IMG/VR virus record: IMGVR_UViG_3300033417_000005
Coordinates: 8,617-72,616 of that record
Direction: 5' to 3' (one strand)
DNA: 64,000 nt
Origin: a virus
Taxonomy: Duplodnaviria; Caudoviricetes
Shown: in pieces, positions 55,100-64,000 of the stretch
Layout of the letters: the number at the start of each line of letters is the position of its first letter
Numbering within the stretch: position 1 is the stretch's first letter
Notes under the pieces: model-generated
Databases searched by the model: none
What the model saw: only the letters and a program-made list of their open reading frames with translations
What the model was told of the DNA's origin: nothing
Translations under genes and position numbers: made by a program

Positions 55100-56776
55100 A
55101 TGCTCAATCTAACGGTAAACCTCGTCGGCAAAGCGCGCCGCGCCACCTTGCACGGAAGGGAATACCTCGTAGCTCCCGCAGTCATGATTGTGCCGGGAGT
55201 GCTCGACGGCAGCAAGGGTCCCCTCCTCTACGAGCTCGAAGAGATTAGGAACAGCACTCCTCGGTGGAACTACATTCCTATCACGTATAACCACCCGTTT
55301 GACGAGCAAGGGCAGGCGATCAGCGCCCGCAGCCCTGGAGTTCTCGACAAGATAGGACTGGGAGTGGTGCTCAACTCTCACACGAACGGCAAGCTAAGAG
55401 CGGAGACCTGGTTTGACGTGGAGATAACGAGGAGTATCGATCCAAGAATTATTGACCGTCTGATCAAAGGCGATCCGATTGAGCTTAGTACGGGGCTGGG
55501 GAGCAGCACCATTCCGGCTTCTAAAGGGGCTCTCCACAACGGCGTCCCCTACAAAGGAATCGCCAAAGAGTTTGAGCCCGACCATTTGGCGGTACTGGTC
55601 GACGGAGTGGGAGCTTGCGGGCTGCGCGACGGCTGCGGGGTCTTGGTCAACGAAAAGGGTAAGAGCGTGATAAAGAACGCCAGCCTTTACGGTGCCACGG
55701 GTCCTGGTCCAAGAGACGGACACGTTCACAGCGTCGTATTGAACACGGCTGGAGATGGTAACACTACGACAGAAGACGGCCATAATCACCAGATTGTGAA
55801 CTTTGTGGTGCAAGAGGCGGATGGCCATACTCATACTCTTATTCGTGACGGCCTAGTAGAAAACCAAAACGACCTGAGCCACGAGCAGATGCGGAATGCT
55901 CTGGAAACCCTGCTGCGGAAAAGGTTCACGCAAGACGAACCCACGGCGTACGTGGAAAACGTGTTTGACGACTTTGTGATCTTCAGCCAGTTCGACAAGC
56001 TGATGAAGATGAAGTTCAATCGTGACGGGGATGAGGTTTCTCTATCCGACGAAGATCCAGTTCCTGTCGTGCGTAAGACCAGTTTTGTCGCCCTCACGGG
56101 TGAAGACGATTTAGAAAAGGAGGAAGAAATGGCTAAGATGACTGATAATGAGAAGAAGACACTGGTGGACGGACTTATCGCAAACTGCCCCTGCTGGGCG
56201 GAGGCCGATCGGGACGTGCTCAACAAGTTCGACGACGCCAAGCTGACGGCGATTAAGAAACACGTTGAGGACGAGGCGAGCAAGGACAGGATCCTCAACG
56301 CCGCCAAACAGGGATTCAAGGCGGGTAACGACCAGTACGTTTTGAACGACAAGGGTGAGTGGGAGAAGAAGGAAGGAAAGAAGGAAGAGAAGAAGAAAGA
56401 TTCAGTCGTCAATGAAGAAAAGAAGCCTCAAACCGACGAGGATTGGCTGGCCAGCGCTCCACCGAAAATTCAAAGTGCGGTGCGCAACGCGATGGCGATC
56501 GAGGCGGGGGAAAAGGAGCAGCTTATCAATCAGCTAACGGTGAATACTCCAGCCGCTAAGAAAGAAGCGGTGCTCAACCGACTAAACCGGATGGATCTGG
56601 AAACGCTGCGTGACCTGAGCGCGGTTGCGCCCAAGGAGGAAGAGAAGCCTCGAACGGTTAATTATCTTGGAGCGTCGGTCCCTTCAAGAGGACACACTGT
56701 TCCAGACGACGATCCGGACGATGTACTTCCACTGCCTACGGTCAATTGGAAAGAGGCCGCTAGCGAAGTTATGTAA
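55100..56776 (+). CDS. Prohead protease (DUF2213-like) fused to scaffold
   Basis: PITYNHP, ELSTG, DHLAVL...GACG...GCG; charged coiled-coil C-terminal half. Confidence 0.82.
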   Translation: MLNLTVNLVGKARRATLHGREYLVAPAVMIVPGVLDGSKGPLLYELEEIRNSTPRWNYIPITYNHPFDEQGQAISARSPGVLDKIGLGVVLNSHTNGKLRAETWFDVEITRSIDPRIIDRLIKGDPIELSTGLGSSTIPASKGALHNGVPYKGIAKEFEPDHLAVLVDGVGACGLRDGCGVLVNEKGKSVIKNASLYGATGPGPRDGHVHSVVLNTAGDGNTTTEDGHNHQIVNFVVQEADGHTHTLIRDGLVENQNDLSHEQMRNALETLLRKRFTQDEPTAYVENVFDDFVIFSQFDKLMKMKFNRDGDEVSLSDEDPVPVVRKTSFVALTGEDDLEKEEEMAKMTDNEKKTLVDGLIANCPCWAEADRDVLNKFDDAKLTAIKKHVEDEASKDRILNAAKQGFKAGNDQYVLNDKGEWEKKEGKKEEKKKDSVVNEEKKPQTDEDWLASAPPKIQSAVRNAMAIEAGEKEQLINQLTVNTPAAKKEAVLNRLNRMDLETLRDLSAVAPKEEEKPRTVNYLGASVPSRGHTVPDDDPDDVLPLPTVNWKEAASEVM

Positions 56777-56829
56777 CGTTCTAGCGCAAGCACCTATCAA
56801 TCCACTTCAATTCAATAGGAGAGAACACG

Positions 56830-57315
56830 ATGGCACGAGGCACTGAAATCATTGTTAGTGCTAATCCCCGTGGAGTAATGCACGAAGGACCGATTACCGG
56901 CACTCCCAAGCCCGGAACGATTATGCAAATCGACGTCAGCGAAGGGATCAATGGCGACGGTCGTTTTACGTGGGAAGCCTACAACCGGGACGCTGATGGC
57001 AACAGACCAGCCGGACCGCTCGCGATCCTTCTTCCCGACCGTCTTCAGGGCAAGCTGCACACGGACGCCTACGCCGCTGGGGACCACGGGTTCCTTTACA
57101 CTCCAATCGCCGGGGAAGAATTCAACTGTCTGCTGCTGGACGTCTCCGGCACGGGTGACGATCACGCTTTTGGTGAGATCCTCATAGTGGACGACGGTAC
57201 GGGTAAGTTGGTTGCTACTACAGGCACCCCGGAAACGGAACCGTTTATGCTCTTGGAGGCAGTTACCGATCCAATAGCGGATACCTTGCTGCACGTGATC
57301 TACAACGGATACTAA
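56830..57315 (+). CDS. Head decoration/cement protein
   Basis: Between scaffold and MCP; typical size; AGGAG SD. Confidence 0.7.
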   Translation: MARGTEIIVSANPRGVMHEGPITGTPKPGTIMQIDVSEGINGDGRFTWEAYNRDADGNRPAGPLAILLPDRLQGKLHTDAYAAGDHGFLYTPIAGEEFNCLLLDVSGTGDDHAFGEILIVDDGTGKLVATTGTPETEPFMLLEAVTDPIADTLLHVIYNGY

Positions 57316-57448
57316 TCCACGGGTTTTCGAGTTGTAACGTTCAGACTGAAACTATTCAAACCAACAAGGTCCGAAACTACCGTCGCTGTCGCCAATGGCC
57401 TGCAGGACGTAACTTAGCATTTCATTTCCAGTAAGGAGGAAAACACAA

Positions 57449-58621
57449 ATGTACGTCGACTACATCCTCAACGGAGAAGGTCATGGGGCAGTAGGCGAGG
57501 CAATGGCTGAATGCCGATTTGACGCTGGCCTATTGCGCCCCTTCAAAGACAAGAGAGGAATTCCATGCGTCATGGTCAATACGGGCCGTGCGGAATTCAA
57601 CAAGGAAAAGGGCGGATACGTCCCCATCCTTGAAAAGATGACAATTCACCAAGCGCAGTCCGTGCTCGGTATTAACAATCCGGTTCTTAATGCCACGTCC
57701 CTGCGCAAGGACGAGTGGCTTATGCTGGACCAAGTGGTGATTCTTGCCGCACGAAGACGCCTGCGCGCATGGGCAGACCTCGCCGCCTCGAACACGTTTG
57801 GCGGCTTTAACGGGATGGGAAAGACCGTTCTGGAATACGAAACCATGTCCGATCCGGGTGAGGCCGTGGTGGATATGGATGGTTTGACCGACGGTCGCAC
57901 CGACGCTCCTCGCTATCAGCTAGAAGGGCTGCCTCTTCCTATCATCCATAGTGACTTCTGGTTCAGCGAACGGCGTCTGGCAACCAGCCGTAATACCGGA
58001 ATGCCTTTAGACAGCGTAATGGCTGAGGCCGCTGGCCGTAGAGTTGGTGAAAAGATCGAGCAACTGGTTATCGGCACGGCAACCGGCATGATCTATGGAG
58101 ATGGATCAGGAGTCTATGGTCGTACGAATCTCAGCTCCGGTACGGCTCCGCAAATCTACGGATATACGAACTTTCCGCAGCGCAATACGGTTACCACGAT
58201 GACCGCTCCAGATGGTACGAATGGCACTACTGTACTCAGCGACTGGCTTACGCTGCGAGAAGCCGCTTTTAACGACAACTTTTTCGGTCCGTTTATTGCC
58301 TACACGTCGTCAAACTACGATCAATACTTGGACAACGAGTTCAAGACGAACAGCGACAAGTCACTGCGAAATCGGCTGTTGGAAATCGACGGCATCACGG
58401 CAATTCGCCGGTTGGATTTCCTGACCACGGACAACGTCGTGGTTCTAGTGCAAATGACGCCGGAGGTTGCACGGGCGGTTGTCGGGATGGATATCACCAC
58501 GGTCCAGTGGGAAAGCAGCGGCGGTCTTCGAAAGAACTTCAAAGTGATGGCAATTCACGTGCCCCAGCTACGAAGTGACTTTGACGGCCGATGCGGTATC
58601 GTTCACGGAACCACCTCGTAA
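57449..58621 (+). CDS. Major capsid protein (HK97 fold, linocin/encapsulin-like type)
   Basis: Strong AAGGAGG SD. LRKDEW..LD..V...ARRRL, PLPIIHSDF...R.LATSR. Confidence 0.88.
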   Translation: MYVDYILNGEGHGAVGEAMAECRFDAGLLRPFKDKRGIPCVMVNTGRAEFNKEKGGYVPILEKMTIHQAQSVLGINNPVLNATSLRKDEWLMLDQVVILAARRRLRAWADLAASNTFGGFNGMGKTVLEYETMSDPGEAVVDMDGLTDGRTDAPRYQLEGLPLPIIHSDFWFSERRLATSRNTGMPLDSVMAEAAGRRVGEKIEQLVIGTATGMIYGDGSGVYGRTNLSSGTAPQIYGYTNFPQRNTVTTMTAPDGTNGTTVLSDWLTLREAAFNDNFFGPFIAYTSSNYDQYLDNEFKTNSDKSLRNRLLEIDGITAIRRLDFLTTDNVVVLVQMTPEVARAVVGMDITTVQWESSGGLRKNFKVMAIHVPQLRSDFDGRCGIVHGTTS

Positions 58622-58632
58622 CGTAAACATCT

Positions 58633-58723
58633 CCGTCGGCGTCTGCCCGACGGTTGTGGGGGAGTGGTGCAGCTAGACCGTTCTTCAGAACGCCCCAATA
58701 CTGGAGAGCGGTCTGGCTCCCAC
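58633..58723 (+). other. Structured RNA element after the MCP gene
   Basis: 7-bp hairpin 58633-58653, then an 18-bp stem (58671-58688/58701-58718) whose only three non-WC pairs are G-U. Confidence 0.6.
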
Positions 58724-58765
58724 GTTACTAGTCATCGATTGTCGGGGCAATGGTTAGGAGCCAAA

Positions 58766-59194
58766 ATGATTTTCAGACTGAACATCGGCAAGCACTACGC
58801 CAAGGGACCGGAAGGATGTACGTGTGATCGATGCGAATATGATCGGGTCAACGCAACAAATCCAGATCGTGGCGCTAAGGGTCATAAGTATGGTCCGGGG
58901 GATTTGGTGGTAACGGATATAGATTTGAATCGGTTTAACGCCGGTTCCGGTCCAAAGAAGTTCGATCGCCTGCCGGACAACACTCCTATTCCCAAAGCGG
59001 GCCAGAAAAAGAAGACTCAAGCTTCTGCCTCAGTTCAATCCTCACCTAAACTTCCCATGGAGGAAGATACGCTGCAAGGGATGTCGGTGGAAGAGCTGCG
59101 TCACTTGGCGGAACAGGAGGAAATCGATCTAGGAGAGGCTCGTCGTAAGGACAAGATAATTGAGATCATTCTGGAGGCAACGCTGGTAGGGTAG
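58766..59194 (+). CDS. Head-associated protein with C-terminal Rho-N/HeH-like domain
   Basis: AGGAG SD. MSVEELRHLAEQEEIDL...KDKIIEII. Confidence 0.65.
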   Translation: MIFRLNIGKHYAKGPEGCTCDRCEYDRVNATNPDRGAKGHKYGPGDLVVTDIDLNRFNAGSGPKKFDRLPDNTPIPKAGQKKKTQASASVQSSPKLPMEEDTLQGMSVEELRHLAEQEEIDLGEARRKDKIIEIILEATLVG

Positions 59195-59233
59195 TCGGCA
59201 CGAGCGGAGATAAACATCCTGTGGAGCGGTAGA

Positions 59234-59632
59234 ATGGCAAGAATCACTGAAGCCGAAGTCAGGCTTATAGCCAGCACCGATGCAAACATTGCCTTGGACG
59301 TGTTTATCGACGTCGCGTCGCTGCTGGTAGATCAGGTTGTGGATTGTGCCACGGATCGAGGAGTAACACTTCCAGCCGCTTTGCTGCAAATGATGGAAGC
59401 GCTGATCGCCGCCCACTTTTACCACCTGAGAGATCAGCGGTACAAGAGCAAAAAGACGGGAGACGCCGCAGCCTCCTTCTTTGACGACAAGGACACGGAG
59501 ACCTACTGGGGGATGGCCAAGGCCCTTGATTCAAGTGGGTGTTTGGCTCAGCTCAGCGAAGGGGCTGTGATCACTGTCGACTGGCTAGGCAAACCCCCTA
59601 GCAGCCAGATTGCCTACGTGGACAGAGACTAA
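59234..59632 (+). CDS. Head-tail adaptor/connector
   Basis: FIDVASLLVD...EALIAAHF...TYWGMAKALD.SG.L. Confidence 0.75.
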   Translation: MARITEAEVRLIASTDANIALDVFIDVASLLVDQVVDCATDRGVTLPAALLQMMEALIAAHFYHLRDQRYKSKKTGDAAASFFDDKDTETYWGMAKALDSSGCLAQLSEGAVITVDWLGKPPSSQIAYVDRD

Positions 59633-59679
59633 GAAAGAGGAGAATTTCTAAGGAACGTTTAGGCCGCCGGTGACTTACC

Positions 59680-61458
59680 ATGCAAGAACCGTCCGATGGG
59701 CTGGAGTTAGGAATTGAAGCTAACTTGCTGTGGGACTCCGCAGCCGCGATGCCTGTTCCAGGAGTTGAATCTGAAATGCGATGGCTAATTGATCCCGGTG
59801 ATTACGGCGGAGTATATGGGAGCGTAAGCGGCGCTCAGCGGACGGCAAACAAAACGCTGCTCGATGATATCCGAGACGCGATAGTAGCCGCTTCTCCTAT
59901 TTACGGGGGAGGAATTATCCTGACTGGCCCCCAGATTGGCAGCGGCGATTATACCGATGAGCATACCGGGGCGCTGTTCCAGATCGATACTTCTGCGGAA
60001 GCGTTTCTGTTTCCTACGGGGACTCCTTTTGAACTACGGGGAGTGGGAGGCAGCCAGCTTCAGTGCGTCGGGTCTGCCACCAACGCCGACCAAGCTGGAG
60101 TTAAGGTAGAGCGCGTCAGCGAACCGCAAGGTTCATGGGGCTCGGTGAAATTGTCCCAGAGGATCACTGACTTGAAGATTCGTAGCTTCAGTCGTGCAGT
60201 GTACCTCAAGAGCACCGGGCGCGGCCTCAGGATAGCGGGCTGCCAGTTTTTCAACAGCGACACTTCGCCCAACCCGACGAAAGCAGCGCTCTACGACCTC
60301 GATGAGCCGTTTACGAGCGACCCCGCGGATTTGGATAATCCGTGCGCCCTGCTGATCGAGAACGCCGACAACGGCTACATTGACGTGGAACTATCAGGTT
60401 CTGGATACCACGGAATGATCGTGAAGCGGTGGCACGCTGGTTCAGGGTCTATCCGTGTGAGCGGAGCGCGTGGGGCGGGAATGAAAGGACGGGAGTTCAA
60501 CGGTTTCAACGGTGACATTACTGCCGAGTCTTGCGGGCAGTATGGGCTCTACTTAGTGCGCAGCGAACTATCGACGCTTGGGCAGTTGTGGTGCGAAAAC
60601 AATCTCCAGTACCACTACACAACAAACACCAATCTAGGCCGTACAGTCAGCGTCGGCTCACGGTACCGCCAGATCAAACTGCGCCGCTCCTTTTTCAACC
60701 GGATACTAGGGCACTCGGGATGGTCTGACAACCAGTTCGACGTCGACTGGGGAAGCCGTAACGCGAACCGTTTTAGCCAGCATGAGACTCCGCGCACTGC
60801 AAGCGACGCCGTGATAACCACTGATTTTGCGTGGAATACGGATAGTTTAGTACAGGCTGACTTAGATGATAACAACAACCATGCAACGGTTTGGACGAAT
60901 GCGGCTTTCCGGCCGGCGCTCACTCTTGTATCAGGCTCGCCGAATTCGATAACGATTGAAATTCCTGCCAGCTGCTATAACAATGCTAGCGCGCAGTCTT
61001 CGCTAACCCCCTTCGGTTCTTTTTCTCAGCCTTCAGGTGCTGGTACTACGCCAGACTTTGAGGCCGGAGACGTAATCCATTGGGAAGCAGAAGTATCGGT
61101 AGACCAAGCGGGCGTAGACCACGCCACCCGTAACGACGCACCGCACGCCGACAGCCAGAACGCAGGAGGGACTATCGACGGTCGTCCTCGCCAGTTGATT
61201 ATCAAGTTTGCGGCTGCCGGAGCTGAAGATACCGGCAAAGGTCAGTCCACGGTAAACCTCTGGGATACCGAAAGGCGTAAATTCAGCAGTGAATACACCA
61301 TAGAATCTGGTGATACGTCTTTTCCTTCGCCTGTTCTAATCATCTATGCAGTGGGTCAAGAGGTTATGGCTACAAACCCTCAGGCTGATTTTATCTTGAC
61401 TGTCCACTCTTACGAGATACGCTTACGGCGTAAGCAAACCACCGTCCCCCATACTTAG
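59680..61458 (+). CDS. Beta-helix (pectate-lyase-like) spike/depolymerase candidate
   Basis: IDPGDYGG...DAI.AA...GG.I.L start motif followed by beta-helix rungs. Confidence 0.6.
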   Translation: MQEPSDGLELGIEANLLWDSAAAMPVPGVESEMRWLIDPGDYGGVYGSVSGAQRTANKTLLDDIRDAIVAASPIYGGGIILTGPQIGSGDYTDEHTGALFQIDTSAEAFLFPTGTPFELRGVGGSQLQCVGSATNADQAGVKVERVSEPQGSWGSVKLSQRITDLKIRSFSRAVYLKSTGRGLRIAGCQFFNSDTSPNPTKAALYDLDEPFTSDPADLDNPCALLIENADNGYIDVELSGSGYHGMIVKRWHAGSGSIRVSGARGAGMKGREFNGFNGDITAESCGQYGLYLVRSELSTLGQLWCENNLQYHYTTNTNLGRTVSVGSRYRQIKLRRSFFNRILGHSGWSDNQFDVDWGSRNANRFSQHETPRTASDAVITTDFAWNTDSLVQADLDDNNNHATVWTNAAFRPALTLVSGSPNSITIEIPASCYNNASAQSSLTPFGSFSQPSGAGTTPDFEAGDVIHWEAEVSVDQAGVDHATRNDAPHADSQNAGGTIDGRPRQLIIKFAAAGAEDTGKGQSTVNLWDTERRKFSSEYTIESGDTSFPSPVLIIYAVGQEVMATNPQADFILTVHSYEIRLRRKQTTVPHT

Positions 61459-61474
61459 TAAGGAATAACCTAGC

Positions 61475-61798
61475 ATGGCTTTAACTCAAGGACTAGCTGG
61501 TTTTGGCACTACTAACGATACGGGTGACGCCGACGTACTAGGTTCTCCGGCTGAGGAGGTAATGAGTATCTGGCTGCGGTGCGATACTGCTAGCGCGAAT
61601 AGCCTGCTCTTCCGCTGCCACGAGCTTCACGGAGCGACCGGTCCTTACGCCAAACTAGAGGCAGGCGCGGCTGTTGTTCTCCGCGCTAGCTCGTATAGCG
61701 ACGCCGACAACCTGAAGACAGTCGACGTAAAGGCGCTAGACAACACGAACGTAGCGAGCGTAAGCTGGGCGGTCTGCGCTAAGAACGTTAGAACGTAA
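61475..61798 (+). CDS. Small beta-sandwich structural protein candidate
   Basis: AAGGA SD; composition. Confidence 0.5.
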   Translation: MALTQGLAGFGTTNDTGDADVLGSPAEEVMSIWLRCDTASANSLLFRCHELHGATGPYAKLEAGAAVVLRASSYSDADNLKTVDVKALDNTNVASVSWAVCAKNVRT

Positions 61799-61816
61799 CA
61801 GGATGGCAGTGTTCGT

Positions 61817-62137
61817 ATGACGGTATTTTGCAAACACTTCGTCGGTGATTTAGGGACCATATTCCGGTTTACCATTAAAGACCAGGACGACGCTGTGGTC
61901 GATATATCGTCAGCAACTCTCAAGCAGGTCAAATTTAGAAAGAGTGACGGTTCCACTGAGACTCAAACCGCCTCATTTACTACGGACGGGACTGACGGGA
62001 AGATGGAAGTAGCTACGACAGCCGCCGACTTAGATATAAGCGGCCCATCCCAGGCTCAGCCGTACTTAGAGGGAGTGAGCGGATTCAGTGGCCACGGCAG
62101 CGAATACTCATTCCGGATTTACGACCCCATTAGCTAG
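61817..62137 (+). CDS. BppU N-terminal-like domain protein
   Basis: FRFTIKDQD.AVVDIS.AT...KFRKSDG...GKM...DLD..G. Confidence 0.6.
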   Translation: MTVFCKHFVGDLGTIFRFTIKDQDDAVVDISSATLKQVKFRKSDGSTETQTASFTTDGTDGKMEVATTAADLDISGPSQAQPYLEGVSGFSGHGSEYSFRIYDPIS

Positions 62138-62160
62138 ACTGGCGAGGGGATTACAAATAC

Positions 62161-64000
62161 ATGGCTGACAACGTAACAACTCGTGAAGATACCGCTCTTA
62201 GCTTAGGCCCGATATTTGCCACAGACCAGATCGGCAGTACCCACTACCCGCTGAGCAAGATTGGGTTCGGCGCGCTCGACTCTTTTACGATAGTTACTGC
62301 TAGCGCCGGCCTGCCTGTAGAGCAGCAAACTGGGTCTAGCTGGACTGTGAGCAACGCAGGAACGTTTGCAGTACAGGAAAGCGGGGGCGTCCTTACCGCC
62401 CTCCAGCTAATCGATAACGTAGTACGGGCGGAAGACGATGCAAGCGCAGGCGGACATAATGGTAACGTTGTTCTCGTAGTGCGCGACGACGCCCTAATTG
62501 CAGGGGCGGGGGTTAGTGCAGACGGGGATTATACGTTTCTCCGCGTGAATAATGAGGGCGCGCTGTGGACGAAGATAAGCGGGACAGTTACTGTAGACGG
62601 TTCGGGCGTTACTCAGCCTGTGAGTGGGACGGTTACTGCCAACGCAGGCACAAACCTGAACACAAGTCTATTAGCTTTAGAAACGGGTGGCAACCTCGCA
62701 GTTTTGGCGAGTACGGTGTCGGGTGCGGAAGTACAAGTAGATATTGTAGCCGTAACGCCCGATCTAATGCTTGGCACCGATTTCAGCAGCGTGTTCGGGA
62801 CTGTTTCGCTGGTGCTCGCTACGCAGGCCGATGACGTCGCCAATACGTCAGACGGGCTACAGGCTACTGCGTTTGGCTATATGTTTGACGGTACCGCATG
62901 GGACCGGATGCGAGGCACGTCTGTTGATGGTTTATTGGTCAATCTCGGCGCGAATAACGACGTTACGGTAACCAGTGGCAGCATAACCGCCAATGCTGGC
63001 ACGAATCTAAACACGTCAGCATTGGCTTTGGAAGCAGGCGGCAACCTTGCAACCATAGCCGGAGCGGTTGCGGGCGCGGAAATGCAGGTTGACGTTGTCG
63101 CTGCGCTTCCGGCTGGCGCTAACAATATCGGAGACGTGGATGTACTGTCAGTTATTCCTGGCGTCGGGGCCACAAATCTTGGCAAGGCCGTCGATGATGC
63201 GTCAGGCGCAACTGACACAGGCGTTGCTTTGCTCGTTGTCCGAGACGACGCGCTAACCACGCTCACACCGATTGACGGCGACTACACTCAACTCCGCGTC
63301 AATAGCACGGGCGCTCTCCATGTGACAGGCGGTGGCGGTGGAACCGAATACACAGAAGACGATGCGGCTCCGGCTAATCCGGTGGCAGCGGCATTGTCGT
63401 TGGTTCGGCAAGATACACCTGCTGGCCTTACGACTGCCGACGGTGATATTGTAACCGCCCGCGGAACCAATTTCGGTGCGATGTTTTGCCAGATCATCGA
63501 TTCAGCAGGAGCTTTTATCGACACGTTTGGCGGCGGAGTGCAATACACTGAAGGAGCAGTGGACGCGAGCATCACCGGCACGGCGATAATGCTGGAGGGG
63601 GCTGCCGATACGCTTGTGGCCGCGCCCGGAACGGCGGCGGATGGGATGCTGGTGAATCTCGGAACGAACAATGACGTGACGGTGACGGGGACCGTGACGG
63701 CCAATGCGGGGACTAATCTGAATACGAGCCTCTTGGCTCTTGAAACCGGAGGCAATCTCGCTACGCTGGCCGGTACGGTCGGGGGCACGGAACTGCAAGT
63801 AGATATCGTGGCCGTGACGCCGGACCTGATGCTCGGGACTGATTTCAGCAGTGTGCTAGGCACGTCCTCCCTAGTGCTGGCTACGCAGGCCGACGACGTG
63901 GCGAACACGTCCGACGGTTTGCAGACGACCAGTTTCGGCTACATGTTTGACGGGACCACGTGGGACCGGGTACGAGGCACTAGCGTCGACGGATTGCTAG
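62161..64000 (+). CDS. Long Gly/Ala/Thr/Asp-rich repetitive fibre-like protein (3' truncated; not in the ORF track)
   Basis: Frame is open from ATG 62161 to the window end. TANAGTNLNTS.LALE.GGNLA occurs three times. A block of about 104 aa is duplicated (62629 vs 63691). Confidence 0.75.
   Translation, partial: MADNVTTREDTALSLGPIFATDQIGSTHYPLSKIGFGALDSFTIVTASAGLPVEQQTGSSWTVSNAGTFAVQESGGVLTALQLIDNVVRAEDDASAGGHNGNVVLVVRDDALIAGAGVSADGDYTFLRVNNEGALWTKISGTVTVDGSGVTQPVSGTVTANAGTNLNTSLLALETGGNLAVLASTVSGAEVQVDIVAVTPDLMLGTDFSSVFGTVSLVLATQADDVANTSDGLQATAFGYMFDGTAWDRMRGTSVDGLLVNLGANNDVTVTSGSITANAGTNLNTSALALEAGGNLATIAGAVAGAEMQVDVVAALPAGANNIGDVDVLSVIPGVGATNLGKAVDDASGATDTGVALLVVRDDALTTLTPIDGDYTQLRVNSTGALHVTGGGGGTEYTEDDAAPANPVAAALSLVRQDTPAGLTTADGDIVTARGTNFGAMFCQIIDSAGAFIDTFGGGVQYTEGAVDASITGTAIMLEGAADTLVAAPGTAADGMLVNLGTNNDVTVTGTVTANAGTNLNTSLLALETGGNLATLAGTVGGTELQVDIVAVTPDLMLGTDFSSVLGTSSLVLATQADDVANTSDGLQTTSFGYMFDGTTWDRVRGTSVDGLL

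Noticed and set aside
2286-56781. L5-type stoperators as the explanation of the dispersed motif
   Set aside because: Copies occur both with and against the direction of transcription.
57316-57352. Third CRISPR-like repeat ending GACTGAAAC
   Set aside because: No stem and no similarity to the other repeats beyond TGAAAC.
57449-58621. Bacterial encapsulin operon
   Set aside because: The gene lies within a terminase-portal-protease-decoration module, so it is the phage capsid protein.
1-64000. Integrated prophage or lysogeny module
   Set aside because: No integrase, att site or host genes are visible. Lifestyle cannot be decided because part of the genome lies outside the window.

Overview
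Almost the whole window is one tailed dsDNA phage genome. It starts inside the tape measure gene and ends inside a repetitive fibre-like gene. No integrase is visible. A Planctomycetota host is inferred with moderate confidence. Layout: (1) 1-15290 (+): tail genes, a matrixin-like protease and a glycosyl/methyl/sulfo-transferase cluster. (2) 15387-19755 (-): UDG-like gene, helicase, primase, ParB-like gene. (3) An origin-like repeat region near 20 kb. (4) 20259-38256 (mostly +): recombination and replication genes (RuvC-like, UDG, PD-(D/E)XK nuclease, AAA ATPase, CsrA, PolA) and a thymidine-hypermodification cluster. (5) 38611-46772: small early genes. (6) 46800-49330: a repeat-rich, mostly non-coding region. 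(7) 49333-64000 (+): terminase, portal, head and fibre genes. Most notable: (a) two solitary CRISPR repeat-spacer-hairpin cassettes (20740, 24237), each next to an imperfect copy of its own target in this genome; (b) islands almost free of GA/TC dinucleotides, one containing a whole gene whose paralog elsewhere has normal composition, probably tied to context-specific DNA modification; (c) a 19-bp motif in more than 20 dispersed copies; (d) csrA with three 29-bp-periodic ANGGA sites in its leader; (e) a tRNA-like RNA fold. All counts and alignments were done by eye, and family assignments come from motif recognition, not database searches.
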